Origin: Candidatus Obscuribacteraceae bacterium
GTDB lineage: Bacteria > Cyanobacteriota > Vampirovibrionia > Obscuribacterales > Obscuribacteraceae
Reading direction: 5' to 3'
Assembly (NCBI GenBank): GCA_044226015.1
Contig: JBGAHS010000001.1
Location: 448,001 to 512,000, forward strand
DNA length: 64,000 bases
In this document: positions 1 to 9,940 of the stretch, piece by piece
Layout: every line of letters starts with the position of its first letter
Numbering within the stretch: position 1 is the first letter of the stretch
Translations under genes and position numbers: made by a program
Notes under the pieces: generated by a model
What the model was told of the DNA's origin: nothing
The model's input: only the letters and a program-made list of their open reading frames with translations
Databases searched by the model: none

Positions 1-426
1 AGTGGTGGTGAAAAAGCCCGTTTGGCACTGGCAAAAATGATGACTCAGTCTGCTAATTTTTTGTTGCTTGATGAGCCGACTAACCATCTCGATATTCCTG
101 CCAAGGAAATGATTGAAGAGGCGTTGAACGAGTACGAAGGCACTGTGGTCATGGTTTCTCACGACAGGCATTTCATCTCAAAAGTCGCAACCAAGATTGT
201 GGAAATTGTCGATGGAGAGCTAAAGGTAACTTCAGGAAATTACGAGTACTTTCTTGAGTTGAAAGCCCGGCAGAAACAGCAGTTGCTGGAAGAAAAAGAG
301 GCTCGGGAACGTGAAGCTTCGCTTGTCGCTAAAAGAGCCAAAGCGAAGGAAAAAGAGAAGCTCAAGAAAGAAAAGCTCAAACAGTCGAAGTTAAAGAGCG
401 ATGAGGAAGACGCCGACGAAGAGTAG
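1..426 (+). CDS. ABC-F family ATP-binding protein, C-terminal part (5' truncated by window)
   Basis: Frame 1 opens with ABC signature SGGEKARLAL, followed by Walker B/D-loop LLLDEPTNHLD, H-loop VSHDRHF, GNYEYF and a charged coiled-coil tail; no TM segments. Confidence 0.9.
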   Translation, partial: SGGEKARLALAKMMTQSANFLLLDEPTNHLDIPAKEMIEEALNEYEGTVVMVSHDRHFISKVATKIVEIVDGELKVTSGNYEYFLELKARQKQQLLEEKEAREREASLVAKRAKAKEKEKLKKEKLKQSKLKSDEEDADEE

Positions 427-561
427 TCGGTTGCAGTGGGGAAAGCACCATGACGGAAGCTGACAAGTTTCTCATTCGAGAAGGCTGTCGTGTTTTACGA
501 ATTCCCGAGAACCCTGTCGAGCCATAAGATCCGATCAGGTGTCCTTGTTGGTGAGACACGA

Positions 562-2154
562 GTGGAACTTAAAGAGAAAGTACTTTCAGCGATCAAAGAG
601 CTCGGGCATAAGGTGTCTGCGAGTGATGTTGCCGCTCGAACAGGGTTGCCTCTTTCGCAGTGTCGGCAATTGCTCAATAAGATAGCCTTTGAGACTCGCG
701 CTGTAATGGAAGTTTCTCCGAGAGGTGAGATTGCCTACAAATTCTTTTCTGATCTAGATTCAGTCTACAAACTAGTCGGTTTGCGAAAGATTCTTCAGCA
801 GGTATTTGAACTTAGTTACCGCGCAGGATTCTTCTGTTTGCGTGTGTCTTTCGGTTTGCTGCTAATCGCATCGATGATTACAATCGCTGTTGTTTTCGCG
901 ATTGCTTTGATATTCATTCTATTTGGAATCGGCGCAGCTGATGCTGGTGACGGTGATATGGACTTCGATGGCGACTTCGGTCTCGACATGGATTTTTACG
1001 ACTGGGACATGCTCGCTGTCTTCTTCTCCTGGAGTATTCTTACAGGTGGTGAAACGCCAACTAGCGATGGCGATGACGAATACATGGGCGTCAAAATTGA
1101 TACTCCCGACAAAGGCTTCTTCAACAATTGTTTTGGCTTCTTGTTTGGTGAGGGAAACCCGAATCGTTTGGCTGAACAGAAGCAGTGGACAGTTGTGGCT
1201 GACGTTATCAGAAGAAACCATGGAGTTGTCACCGCCGAGCAGATAGCTCCTTACTTAGTGAAGGCAAAGGCGGATTCTGCCGCGATGCTTGCGACGATGG
1301 TGCGATATGACGGAACTCCTGAAGTGACAGCTAAGGGAAACATTGTGTATGTGTTTCCATCTATGCAAGTCACTGCGGGTGGTGTCGCCTCCCTGCAAGC
1401 TTTGCCGGAGAAATTAGAAGAGAAGGAATGGAAGTTTTCGAAGATTCCCATCGAGCGCTTACATTGGGTATTCTTTTTTGCCGGGGCAAACCTCTGCGGT
1501 GCCTACGCTCTAAGCACGCATGCAGCTTGGTTTGAACCCTTGCTTCCCTATCAGGAATTGATCAATTGGATATTGCTCTATGCCACATTCTTTATGGGAT
1601 TTCCAATTCTCCGCGAAATAGCAAATTGTGCATTAAATGCGGTCGTAGAATACCGAAATAATGTTCGTGGTAAAGCTGCGGAATCTTTAAGCTCACCCGA
1701 AAACAGGTTTAAGGTTGACGAGGCACAGCAATTTGCTGTTCAAGTTTCAAACCTCTCTTTGCAAGAGCAGGTCTACACTACAGCAGAGAACATATTGGAT
1801 CAGGACACTGATGGATTGGCGGCGAAGTTCGGTCAGATTGAGACTCGTGGCGGGGTGCCCAATGGTGTGTACCCTGCGGCACTCCCAACCGCGATGAGCA
1901 ACCAAGTAGCAGCGCAACCGAACCAGTACGCGGCAGCTCCGAACCAGTACGCGGCAACTCCGAACCATCACGTGGCTGCTCCGAATCAGTATGCGGCAGC
2001 TCCGAATCAGTACGCAACAGCACAGAATCAGTATGCGGTAGCTCCGAATCAGTACGCTGCAGCTCCGAACCAGTACGCTGCAGCCCAAACAAGCGATCCC
2101 ATTCGGCTGGCAACTCCCCGCCCTGCACAACAAACTATGACAAATAGGGACTAA
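562..2154 (+). CDS. Conserved membrane protein resembling the cyanobacterial/plastid At5g03900-like family, with a C-terminal PNQYAAA repeat
   Basis: N-terminal HTH-like DVAARTGLPL, TM helices, FLFGEGNPN, GVVTAEQIAPY, G-PEVT-KGNIVYVFP; likely start GTG 562 (track gives 490). Family assignment from motif recall. Confidence 0.65.
   Translation: MELKEKVLSAIKELGHKVSASDVAARTGLPLSQCRQLLNKIAFETRAVMEVSPRGEIAYKFFSDLDSVYKLVGLRKILQQVFELSYRAGFFCLRVSFGLLLIASMITIAVVFAIALIFILFGIGAADAGDGDMDFDGDFGLDMDFYDWDMLAVFFSWSILTGGETPTSDGDDEYMGVKIDTPDKGFFNNCFGFLFGEGNPNRLAEQKQWTVVADVIRRNHGVVTAEQIAPYLVKAKADSAAMLATMVRYDGTPEVTAKGNIVYVFPSMQVTAGGVASLQALPEKLEEKEWKFSKIPIERLHWVFFFAGANLCGAYALSTHAAWFEPLLPYQELINWILLYATFFMGFPILREIANCALNAVVEYRNNVRGKAAESLSSPENRFKVDEAQQFAVQVSNLSLQEQVYTTAENILDQDTDGLAAKFGQIETRGGVPNGVYPAALPTAMSNQVAAQPNQYAAAPNQYAATPNHHVAAPNQYAAAPNQYATAQNQYAVAPNQYAAAPNQYAAAQTSDPIRLATPRPAQQTMTNRD
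1918..2085 (+). repeat. In-frame 21-bp tandem repeat, 8 copies (PNQYAAA)
   Basis: Units such as CCGAACCAGTACGCGGCAGCT start at 1918, 1939, 1960, 1981, 2002, 2023, 2044 and 2065; one degenerate unit at 1897. Confidence 0.95.
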
Positions 2155-2322
2155 CCGACTCGCTGCCATTTGGTTCACCTTCTACGCGTGTTTCCTCTTT
2201 AATCTATAAAAAGATGGAGATCTACGGAACAAATTAGCCTCAAAGGCGCCACAAGCCCTGATTGAATATTGAATAATAAGTGCGAAAATGGGGTTCTTCT
2301 TTCCTGAGGTTTTTTGATTCGT

Positions 2323-4248
2323 ATGGCTCACTTCGAGATTCCAAGATTGGCTCGCCTTGGCACCCCACTAATTCTCCTTTCAATTTGCGTGCAGATTGCA
2401 GTGGTGCCTGCGGAAGCTGGTGGGCTGCGTAAAGCACTCAAGAAAATTACTGGAAGCAGTACTACAAAAAATGTTGCTAACCCAACTAGTACTGCGCCTG
2501 TTGATGCTAAGCGGGCTCCTATTTTCAGTGTGGTTACAGGCAATTCGGTTGTAGTGCCAAACGCTGTTCCTTCTGCTCCGCCAGTGATACCCACGACATT
2601 GACGCCGGTAAAAAGTGAAGACCTGAAGAAGGATGAGAAACGACAGGAAAAAGAATCCAAACAGGCTCAAAAAGAAGAGGCAAAGCAAGACAAAAAGCAG
2701 TCTGACGAAAAGGCAAAAAGCGATGATGAGCGAGAAAAGGGAAAAGTGCGAGGCGATGCCCCCTGCCTTTCCTGGGTAAAGTTTGGTCAACCTGTGAAAG
2801 CTGTTCTCTTGTGTGTTCACGGCTTAGGACTGAATAGCTCGAGCTTTACGAAGTTTGGTCAGGATATGTCACAACAGGGAATAGCGACGTATGCCATTGA
2901 CGTGAGAGGTTTTGGCTCGTGGATGGAAGCTAAGGGGCACAAGAAAGTCGATTTCGACGATTGCATCGAAGATGTGCGAAAGACCCTGGAGTGGCTTCAG
3001 AAGGCAAACCCAGGTAAGCCAGTTTTCCTGATGGGCGAATCAATGGGGGGAGCAATCGTTCTGCATGCTGCCGCCAAGTATCCGGATCTTATGAATGGTG
3101 TAATTTCAGCTTGTTCGTCTGGCGATAGATTTAAGCAAAAACGCACTGACCTGAAAATATTCTTGCACGCTTTGACGGGACCAACACGTCAAATGAATAT
3201 CGGCAAGCAAGTAGTTGAGCAAGCCGCAGGTGATAATGAGAGGCTAAAAGCCTCGTGGGAAGGGGATGAGCTTGATCGCATGAAGTTATCTCCGATGGAA
3301 TTGCTAAGCTTTCAGAGCTTCATGAATGACACTCATGACCAGGTCGTGAATATCAAAAATCTTCCAGTCCTGATGGTGCAAGGAACGGCCGACCAGCTTG
3401 TAAAGCCAGAAGGAACACAGGAGCTTTATGATGAGCTTGCTACTCGTGACAAACAGATCATGATGGTGCAAGACGCGCAGCACCTTATTTTTGAAAATCA
3501 ACAATGTCCACCAGCGACTTTAAGCGCCGTGGTGAAATGGATAAGCAATCGCTGTCCGAAGGTAGATTTGTATGAGCAAGCGCGTACCGCATTTGATAAT
3601 GGTCGTTATCAGATTTGCTTGCAAATGCTAAAAGAAGTTCTACAAACAAATCCTCAAAATGCCAACGCCCATTTATTGATGGGGCAAGTGCAAATCAAAC
3701 TCAATCATCCTTTGCTTGCACGTCAGCACCTGGTGTTAGCGAGCCGATTGGGTAAAGGAACTTCGATTCCCTCCGAATCAAATCGCTTGATGATGACCTT
3801 ACCCCAGGGCTTCGTTGGTCCTCGCCTTGCCTCATCGCACAATCAGAGTAAGCAGTTTAGCAAACCAACGGCTCTTGTTTTTAACGCTACATGGTGCCGT
3901 CCGTGCAATGACATGACCGACATCGTTGAAAAGGCTAAAACGCGTCTTGCTAATACGGTAGAGTTCAAGATTATCGACGTAGATGACCCGGCAAACGAGA
4001 CTCTAGTTGAAGAGTATTCCATTGGTCCTGTGCCTACGACTGTCTTTGTAAGTCCTGATGGGCAGGTCGCTGCTTATCAGGTTGGTTATGATGATGGCAT
4101 TGATGGTTTGATGAGAGGAATTGCAAAAATTCTTCCACGCCCAGCCGCTACCGTTGTCGCAGCTTCGAAGCAGCCACCAAGGGCGGTGGCGCGGCAGAAG
4201 CTGAAGCAAGCTGTAAGGGCAGCTAACGCACAAAAGAAAAAGCCCTGA
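2323..4248 (+). CDS. Exported alpha/beta hydrolase (lysophospholipase/monoglyceride lipase-like) fused to TPR and thioredoxin domains
   Basis: Signal peptide ending PAEA; HGLG, DVRGFG, nucleophile GESMG, QGTADQLV, HLIFE; TPR-like helices; C-terminal FNATWCRPC and cis-Pro VPT. Confidence 0.85.
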   Translation: MAHFEIPRLARLGTPLILLSICVQIAVVPAEAGGLRKALKKITGSSTTKNVANPTSTAPVDAKRAPIFSVVTGNSVVVPNAVPSAPPVIPTTLTPVKSEDLKKDEKRQEKESKQAQKEEAKQDKKQSDEKAKSDDEREKGKVRGDAPCLSWVKFGQPVKAVLLCVHGLGLNSSSFTKFGQDMSQQGIATYAIDVRGFGSWMEAKGHKKVDFDDCIEDVRKTLEWLQKANPGKPVFLMGESMGGAIVLHAAAKYPDLMNGVISACSSGDRFKQKRTDLKIFLHALTGPTRQMNIGKQVVEQAAGDNERLKASWEGDELDRMKLSPMELLSFQSFMNDTHDQVVNIKNLPVLMVQGTADQLVKPEGTQELYDELATRDKQIMMVQDAQHLIFENQQCPPATLSAVVKWISNRCPKVDLYEQARTAFDNGRYQICLQMLKEVLQTNPQNANAHLLMGQVQIKLNHPLLARQHLVLASRLGKGTSIPSESNRLMMTLPQGFVGPRLASSHNQSKQFSKPTALVFNATWCRPCNDMTDIVEKAKTRLANTVEFKIIDVDDPANETLVEEYSIGPVPTTVFVSPDGQVAAYQVGYDDGIDGLMRGIAKILPRPAATVVAASKQPPRAVARQKLKQAVRAANAQKKKP

Positions 4249-4288
4249 GCTCAGGGCTTGCGAAGTGACGAAAAACAAGAAAAAGCAG

Positions 4289-4349
4289 AAGCAGCTACGC
4301 CCTTTGTAAATTAGCTCTTAAGAGAGTTCTAGCTCGGTGTAGCTGCTTA
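4289..4349. terminator. Long stem-loop between convergent genes
   Basis: AAGCAGCTACGCC ... GGTGTAGCTGCTT inverted repeat with an A-rich run on its left. Confidence 0.5.
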
Positions 4350-4489
4350 TCTGTGAACTTTTGAAGTTTGTTGGAATCGTTTTATTCTTTCTTATCCCTC
4401 ACTTCTGATGCTTTTATTTTACGCTTGCGAAATTTGGATGCCATCAACCATTTGGATTTTTTATATCATCCGAGTGGATGATTGCTATT

Positions 4490-4990
4490 TTAGTTTAGTT
4501 TCCATGGTTCGGGATCGCTGTCTCGAAATCCATCAGCACGGTAGCCTGCATGCACCAGTTCTTCCGAGAACCCTGAGGGGTTGTTGGCAGCATCTATCAT
4601 TATTTTTGCCACCGTATTTATTGCTTCAGTCCATGTGTTCTTGAGTTCATCGCTCCACTCGCCTTCCTTCGAAAGATGTTCTCCGAGCACGGCCAGAAGA
4701 TTCTCACCAACGGCCTCATAATGGGCATTCTCTGTTTTGTATTTCAGATGGCGAATTCCCATTGCATGGAGGTAGGGCGCCAACTGGGTGGGTTTGTCCA
4801 CTGCTGCCACAATTGCCCCAAGTGAGGCCATCAACTTTTTGTGTTGTTCTTCGGGTGGAGTATTAAACAGCGGTCTAACGGATGGATACTTTTCGAAAAG
4901 GCGGTGATAAAAGCTCAGTCCCAAAGTGGTTAAACCGCCATTCTCTTTCTTCGCTCGCTCAAGACTCGCCCTCAGTAGGTCAATGTTCAT
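4490..4990 (-). CDS. Single-domain globin (Vitreoscilla/flavohemoglobin-type globin fold, no reductase)
   Basis: FYHRLFEKYPSVRPLF (TyrB10, PheCD1), QHKKL (GlnE7), GIRHLKY (HisF8), HYEAVGENLL; ATG 4990 preceded by AGGGAG. Confidence 0.9.
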   Translation of the reverse strand: MNIDLLRASLERAKKENGGLTTLGLSFYHRLFEKYPSVRPLFNTPPEEQHKKLMASLGAIVAAVDKPTQLAPYLHAMGIRHLKYKTENAHYEAVGENLLAVLGEHLSKEGEWSDELKNTWTEAINTVAKIMIDAANNPSGFSEELVHAGYRADGFRDSDPEPWKLN

Positions 4991-5062
4991 TATTCGTTGC
5001 TCCCTGGTTACTTTTGGAACTATAGGAGAAGCGACCACTCAATGTAATCAATCTTTCGAGGG

Positions 5063-5095
5063 AAAAAAAAGAGGTATTGAAAATTTCAAGACCTC
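5063..5095 (-). terminator. Intrinsic terminator-like hairpin upstream of the globin gene
   Basis: Minus strand GAGGTCTTGAAA-T-TTTCAATACCTC followed by T8. Confidence 0.5.
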
Positions 5096-5447
5096 CTAAT
5101 TCTCTAGGCTGTAGCGTATGAAATACAGATTCAGCGGACAAACAAATGTTAAATTCGGGAACATCACATATGCCTTGTCGTCGCTGAATTCATGTACTGA
5201 GTTCGGGCGGTGCGCAGTTAATCAAAACAGCATCCGCCAAATGAACGAGTAGTAGCTTAAATTGATACCGGATATAGTTTTTAAAGCGAGTTCGGTAAGG
5301 ACAATGAAGACGCCATTGTGGGTGGTGGCATTCGTTTGCCTGCGTTTAAGCATGACTTTGCTGTTTGCTGGGAGTTGATGGTTACAGCTTTGATGTGATG
5401 TCAAGACAAATGTCTAAGTTAAAGTGCAAATTGGGAGATTAGAGCAA

Positions 5448-5624
5448 ATGACTGTTTTTAGCGAGTGGATCAAAAAAGTATTTGAAGCAGTAATGCCCAG
5501 TCAGGGAGGGCACGCATGGGACGAATTAAAGCGTGTCAGGCAATTAAAATTGCAACAGTCTGAAACTGTCGAAATGCAGGCATCTCCTATGAGAGAGCGC
5601 GTGCGTGTTCATAGATTTCGTTAA
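5448..5624 (+). CDS. Small hypothetical protein (58 aa)
   Basis: GGGAG before ATG 5448; terminator-like hairpin downstream at ~5687-5726. Confidence 0.55.
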   Translation: MTVFSEWIKKVFEAVMPSQGGHAWDELKRVRQLKLQQSETVEMQASPMRERVRVHRFR

Positions 5625-5686
5625 ATCTTAGTATTGCAATCTCAAGAATAAAAGGTTTCAGCTCCGAAAACTTCGGAGAGACAAGG

Positions 5687-5726
5687 GGAGAGGGGAGCAG
5701 AGTAAAGTCTGCTCCTCTCAATTTTT
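5687..5726 (+). terminator. Intrinsic terminator-like hairpin
   Basis: GAGGGGAGCAGA-GTAAAG-TCTGCTCCTCTC then AATTTTT. Confidence 0.55.
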
Positions 5727-5797
5727 GGAGCAATACAAGCTTCTAATGATTATTTATCCAATTGCAAATACAATACATATAAAGGAGACTCAATCCG

Positions 5798-6898
5798 TTG
5801 GCGCTTCCGGGCAGAAATTTAGTCGTTAAAATGAGCTCAAAGTCTGTCACGACAGGCTTTATGGCTGCCACATCTATTCTCGTCATTTTGTTGGCGGGAA
5901 TGTTTGGGCTAGGGCAAGGGCAGAGCGCGCTAGCAAGAGAAATTGAGACAGGTATTACTGACAACTTGAGCGCTGAACTGGGGTTTCCAGTGTACACCTG
6001 GTCGCCTCTCGATACTGCACCACAGGCGGTGGTAGTTGCAATTCATGGTGCTACTCTTCACGGGCGTTCTTACACAACTATTGCTAAACAACTGTCCAAA
6101 AAAGGTTATGTGGTGCTAGCGCCTGATATGCGCGGTTATGGTGCCTGGTACCACAACAGTGAAAAAGATGATGAGCTGGCAAAACACGTTCTCTTCAAAC
6201 AAACAGAATCGGATATTCTTAGCCTACTAAAGAAGGCACATCAGCTTTATCCTGGCAAGCCAGTTTTTGTGATGGGCGAAAGCGTGGGTGCAAATATGGC
6301 GATTAAACTGCTTGCGGATCAAGCAGACTGCGCCGATGGCATCATTCTCTCTTCTCCCGCAATTAAGCAGCGATATTTCTTTGGACCAACAGTGATGAAA
6401 CAACTTCTCACTGTGTTTTTATGGCATCCAAGCGCGCAGTTGGATATCACTCCATTTTTGCGTTCGCGCGTTTCAGATGATGACCGAATCACTGACGAAC
6501 GTGTTAATGACCCGCTTGGGCGCACCAAATTGAACGCTGGAGAGCTATTTAAGACTCGTTGGTTTAACAAGGATTCACTCAGGCTTGTGCCTATGTTGCC
6601 TGAAAAGCTAAGTGTGCTCGTCATTGAGGGCAGTGATGACAGACTGTTCCGCGCTGATTTGATTGAGCAAGATTTGATGGCTCAGATGCCTTGTTCTGAT
6701 AAAACGCTGTATTTGCTGAAAGGCAAGGGACACATCCACCTGGAGACCCAATACTTAAAGGAAGAAGTTGAGAAGAAAGTTGCAGAATGGTTGGCCGAGA
6801 AAACTTCAAAGTATGGGCAAAAACCAAATGGAACAGCGGTCTCGTCTATAGCACCAGGCACAAACGCCTCCGCAGATTCGGTTTCATCCAAAAACTAA
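5798..6898 (+). CDS. Exported alpha/beta hydrolase (lysophospholipase-like), paralog of the hydrolase domain at 2323
   Basis: AAGGAG RBS; signal peptide; IHGATL, DMRGYG, GESVG, EGSDDRLF, GHIHLE. Confidence 0.88.
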   Translation: MALPGRNLVVKMSSKSVTTGFMAATSILVILLAGMFGLGQGQSALAREIETGITDNLSAELGFPVYTWSPLDTAPQAVVVAIHGATLHGRSYTTIAKQLSKKGYVVLAPDMRGYGAWYHNSEKDDELAKHVLFKQTESDILSLLKKAHQLYPGKPVFVMGESVGANMAIKLLADQADCADGIILSSPAIKQRYFFGPTVMKQLLTVFLWHPSAQLDITPFLRSRVSDDDRITDERVNDPLGRTKLNAGELFKTRWFNKDSLRLVPMLPEKLSVLVIEGSDDRLFRADLIEQDLMAQMPCSDKTLYLLKGKGHIHLETQYLKEEVEKKVAEWLAEKTSKYGQKPNGTAVSSIAPGTNASADSVSSKN

Positions 6899-6991
6899 GC
6901 TCAGAGCGTGATGCTTTTAATCTGGAATTGGGCATAACGATCAGGGATTTTTCCTGTGTTCGGTCAGTCCACAGAGTGTTAAAGTGTTGGC

Positions 6992-9310
6992 ATGGACAAC
7001 TTTGTGATGGGAGCAGAAGCTGAGGGACTTGGAGCTAAATCCTCCAGCGATCCATTAATTGGCAAAACCATCGCTGCTAAATATCAGATACTATCTTTGC
7101 TTGGCGAAGGTGGCATGAGCGCCGTTTATAAAGCTCGCCAACTTCCAATCAACAAAATCGTAGCAGTGAAAGTTTTGCTCGCTCATTTATCTAACGATGA
7201 TAACAGCAAGCATCGTTTCATTCGAGAAGCGAAAGCTGCTGGTCAGTTTTCGCATCCAAACGTCGTTTCCGTTTTTGATTTTGGTTTTGAAAACAAATAT
7301 CCATTCCTGGTAATGGACTATTTGGAAGGAAAAAACCTTGATGAAATATTGAGAGAGCGCGGTTTCTTGCCGTATGAAGAAGCCCTACCATTGTTTGGTC
7401 AGATTTGTGATGGGCTGAGTGCTGCGCACAAGAATGGAGTCATACATCGCGATATAAAGCCAAGCAATATTGTTATTCAAAATGAGTCGAACGGTGAAAC
7501 CAGAGTGCGAATCGTTGATTTTGGCATTGCAAAAATGGTCGATGCTGAATCGCAGCATCTCACGAAAACTGGCGAAATTTTTGGCAGCCCTTTATACATG
7601 AGTCCAGAGCAATGCGAGGGCGTGCAGCTTGATCAGCGTTCGGACATATACTCTCTTGGCGTTGTTTTCTATGAGACTTTGAGCGGAAAGCGTCCTTTTG
7701 TTGGACAGAGTGCTCTTGAAACTATGTGGCAGCATGTTGAGCAGATGCCAGCTTCGCTTCAAAAATTGACGAATGGTGCGCGAATTCCGCTTGCTCTAGA
7801 AAACATAGTTTTCAAAATGATGGCAAAAGATCGAGATAAGCGCTATGCGACTGTCGAAGCGCTGCGAAAAGACCTTGAGACATTTGCCGCTTGCGAAAGC
7901 ACAGCTCTGTCAGGCAATCTTTTATATGTAAGTCGTGAATTATCGCGAAAATCGAAAATAATTTTCGCCTGTGCTGCAACTCTCACTGTTGCTGCTGGAA
8001 TCGTATTATTTTCTTACAATCCTGTGCTTAGCTTTTTAGCCAACAGCGAATACGAACAAGGTAAGGCTGCTATTGGTGCCGGAAATCCAGATGCCGTTGC
8101 CCATTTGCAGAAGGCTGTGCAGTCCTACCGAGCTTGTGGTGAAAAGGGCAAAGAGACTAAGGCGCTTGCTCTGTTAATTGATGCCTGTAAAGGCAATTCA
8201 AATTACGACTCATTGCGCGAGAGTTCTCGCAAGCGTCGACAAGAACTGGTTATAGAAGTTCTGGAGAATTTTGACCTGGGTTCCGCTTCAATAGATTCAA
8301 CGTTAAGCCAACTTAGTGATTCTCACAAGCAACTCGCAATTGAGGAAGGTGCTCCTGAAGGCACAGCTTTAGCAACAAGTTCGACCAAGCGAGAACGCCG
8401 CGATTCTTCGCCTGCGTCAAAGCAAAAAAAAGGCATTCAGGCAGTTGTTAGTTCCTCTCCTTCCTCCCTTTCTGGAGAATTAGATGCAGGCGATGGAAAT
8501 GAGGGTGTGTCAGTTGGGAATGGATTCGGGGCTACATTCAATAGTTCGGCTGGCAAACTTCAGGGAGGTACAGGCGCTGGTTGTTCGCGAACACGGAATA
8601 AAATTTCCATGGCGCTGCCTTATGCTATGCCGATGCCCCATCTTGTTCGCCAGGACCCCGCTATAACCAACGGTCCGCCTGGTCACCCACCTTACCCTGT
8701 TGCGCCCAGGCGTTCACTGAAGTCTTATGGTGCGTTAGACAAGAATGTACCAATTGTTGCCGACGCGCGTACTGCTGGAAGTGGCGGCGGGTTCAGTGGA
8801 CCTGGTGCTTTGAAAGATCAAGCTTCCTATGGAGCTTCCATTTTATCTGGTGTAGAACTAAAGGTTGTGTCACCAAAACAGACCTTTGACCAGGGTATAG
8901 TTGATGACCTGAATGCTGTTCGAGTTGTTGCGCTCAGAAAGCACCTTTTTGGCAAGGTAATTGATGCTTCAAATCGCATCATCAAAGTATGCGAGCATGA
9001 TTCGTCTATGGCGAGCAGAGAGGAACAAGCATCTGCTTACACAGCAATCGCCTTTTCGCAACTTATGCTGGGTGATATGGAGAGTGTCAAGCTATCGCTT
9101 GAATCTGCTACCGAAAATGCCAGCTATTTGTCGTTTGAGAGTAAGTCTCGCCTGCAGATAAATGCTGAGATTACATGCGTTAGAGCCGCTGCTGCTGCCA
9201 AACGCGGATTGACTGCCCAAGCGCAGGATTTCATGGGGGACCTTTCCCCTGCTACTTTTGAAAGAAATGAACTAATTGATCAGGCGTCCACAGTCGTGAA
9301 TTCAAAGTAA
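6992..9310 (+). CDS. Hanks-type Ser/Thr protein kinase with TM helix and TPR-like C-terminal region
   Basis: LGEGGMSAVY, VAVK, HRDIKPSN, DFG, GSPLYMSPE, SDIYSLG; TM IIFACAATLTVAAGIVLF. Confidence 0.93.
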   Translation: MDNFVMGAEAEGLGAKSSSDPLIGKTIAAKYQILSLLGEGGMSAVYKARQLPINKIVAVKVLLAHLSNDDNSKHRFIREAKAAGQFSHPNVVSVFDFGFENKYPFLVMDYLEGKNLDEILRERGFLPYEEALPLFGQICDGLSAAHKNGVIHRDIKPSNIVIQNESNGETRVRIVDFGIAKMVDAESQHLTKTGEIFGSPLYMSPEQCEGVQLDQRSDIYSLGVVFYETLSGKRPFVGQSALETMWQHVEQMPASLQKLTNGARIPLALENIVFKMMAKDRDKRYATVEALRKDLETFAACESTALSGNLLYVSRELSRKSKIIFACAATLTVAAGIVLFSYNPVLSFLANSEYEQGKAAIGAGNPDAVAHLQKAVQSYRACGEKGKETKALALLIDACKGNSNYDSLRESSRKRRQELVIEVLENFDLGSASIDSTLSQLSDSHKQLAIEEGAPEGTALATSSTKRERRDSSPASKQKKGIQAVVSSSPSSLSGELDAGDGNEGVSVGNGFGATFNSSAGKLQGGTGAGCSRTRNKISMALPYAMPMPHLVRQDPAITNGPPGHPPYPVAPRRSLKSYGALDKNVPIVADARTAGSGGGFSGPGALKDQASYGASILSGVELKVVSPKQTFDQGIVDDLNAVRVVALRKHLFGKVIDASNRIIKVCEHDSSMASREEQASAYTAIAFSQLMLGDMESVKLSLESATENASYLSFESKSRLQINAEITCVRAAAAAKRGLTAQAQDFMGDLSPATFERNELIDQASTVVNSK

Positions 9311-9324
9311 TTGTCGCTGGAAAT

Positions 9325-9930
9325 TCACTTGGTTTTTTCAAGCATCTTGTTCGCTTTTTCCAGGTCTTCTGCGATTAATTTCTTCACTGCCAAAGTAGTC
9401 GTGAGTCCTGAGGCTGCAAGCAAAACAGTTTTGGCTTCTTGTGGTCGATTTGTTGCTATGTAAACTTCACTCAGGTTTGTCATAGCTAATACATAGCCTG
9501 GGTCAACACGCAATGCGTTTTTGCAAGCTATTTCTGCATCTAGAAATTTTTTCTGATGCATAAGAGCATCCGCCATATTGCTGTACGCAGCAGCAAAGTC
9601 TGGAGAAATTTTTACAGCCTTTCTGTATTGTTCAACTGCTTCATCAAAACGATGCAAATCAGAATAGGCATTCCCCAAGTTCGAAAATGTAACTGAATAA
9701 TATGGATAAACCTCTATTGCCTTTTTGTATAACTCGACGGCTTCTCTTGTCTTCCCGCTGTCCGCCAGGCTGATTCCCTTGAGGTTATACTCACAAGCTT
9801 TGCCGAATGCCTCTCGTTTTCCTCTTCCAGGAAACTTTTCTGATTCGAATGCGCTAGCACTTGAATCAGCCAGTATCGTTGCCACCATAGTTAATACCGC
9901 AACCAGTCGAAGAGACTGCTTCGATTGCAT
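9325..9930 (-). CDS. Exported TPR protein
   Basis: Signal peptide; repeated NLGNAY/AYSNMADAL TPR motifs. Confidence 0.85.
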   Translation of the reverse strand: MQSKQSLRLVAVLTMVATILADSSASAFESEKFPGRGKREAFGKACEYNLKGISLADSGKTREAVELYKKAIEVYPYYSVTFSNLGNAYSDLHRFDEAVEQYRKAVKISPDFAAAYSNMADALMHQKKFLDAEIACKNALRVDPGYVLAMTNLSEVYIATNRPQEAKTVLLAASGLTTTLAVKKLIAEDLEKANKMLEKTK

Positions 9931-9940
9931 TCTTGTTTCC

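Noticed and set aside
1918..2085. 21-bp repeats as a CRISPR array
   Set aside because: Contiguous in-frame units without spacers; no cas genes
5390..5404. TTGAT-GTGAT-GTCAA as an FNR box near the globin
   Set aside because: Spacer is 5 nt, not the 4 nt of TTGAT-N4-ATCAA
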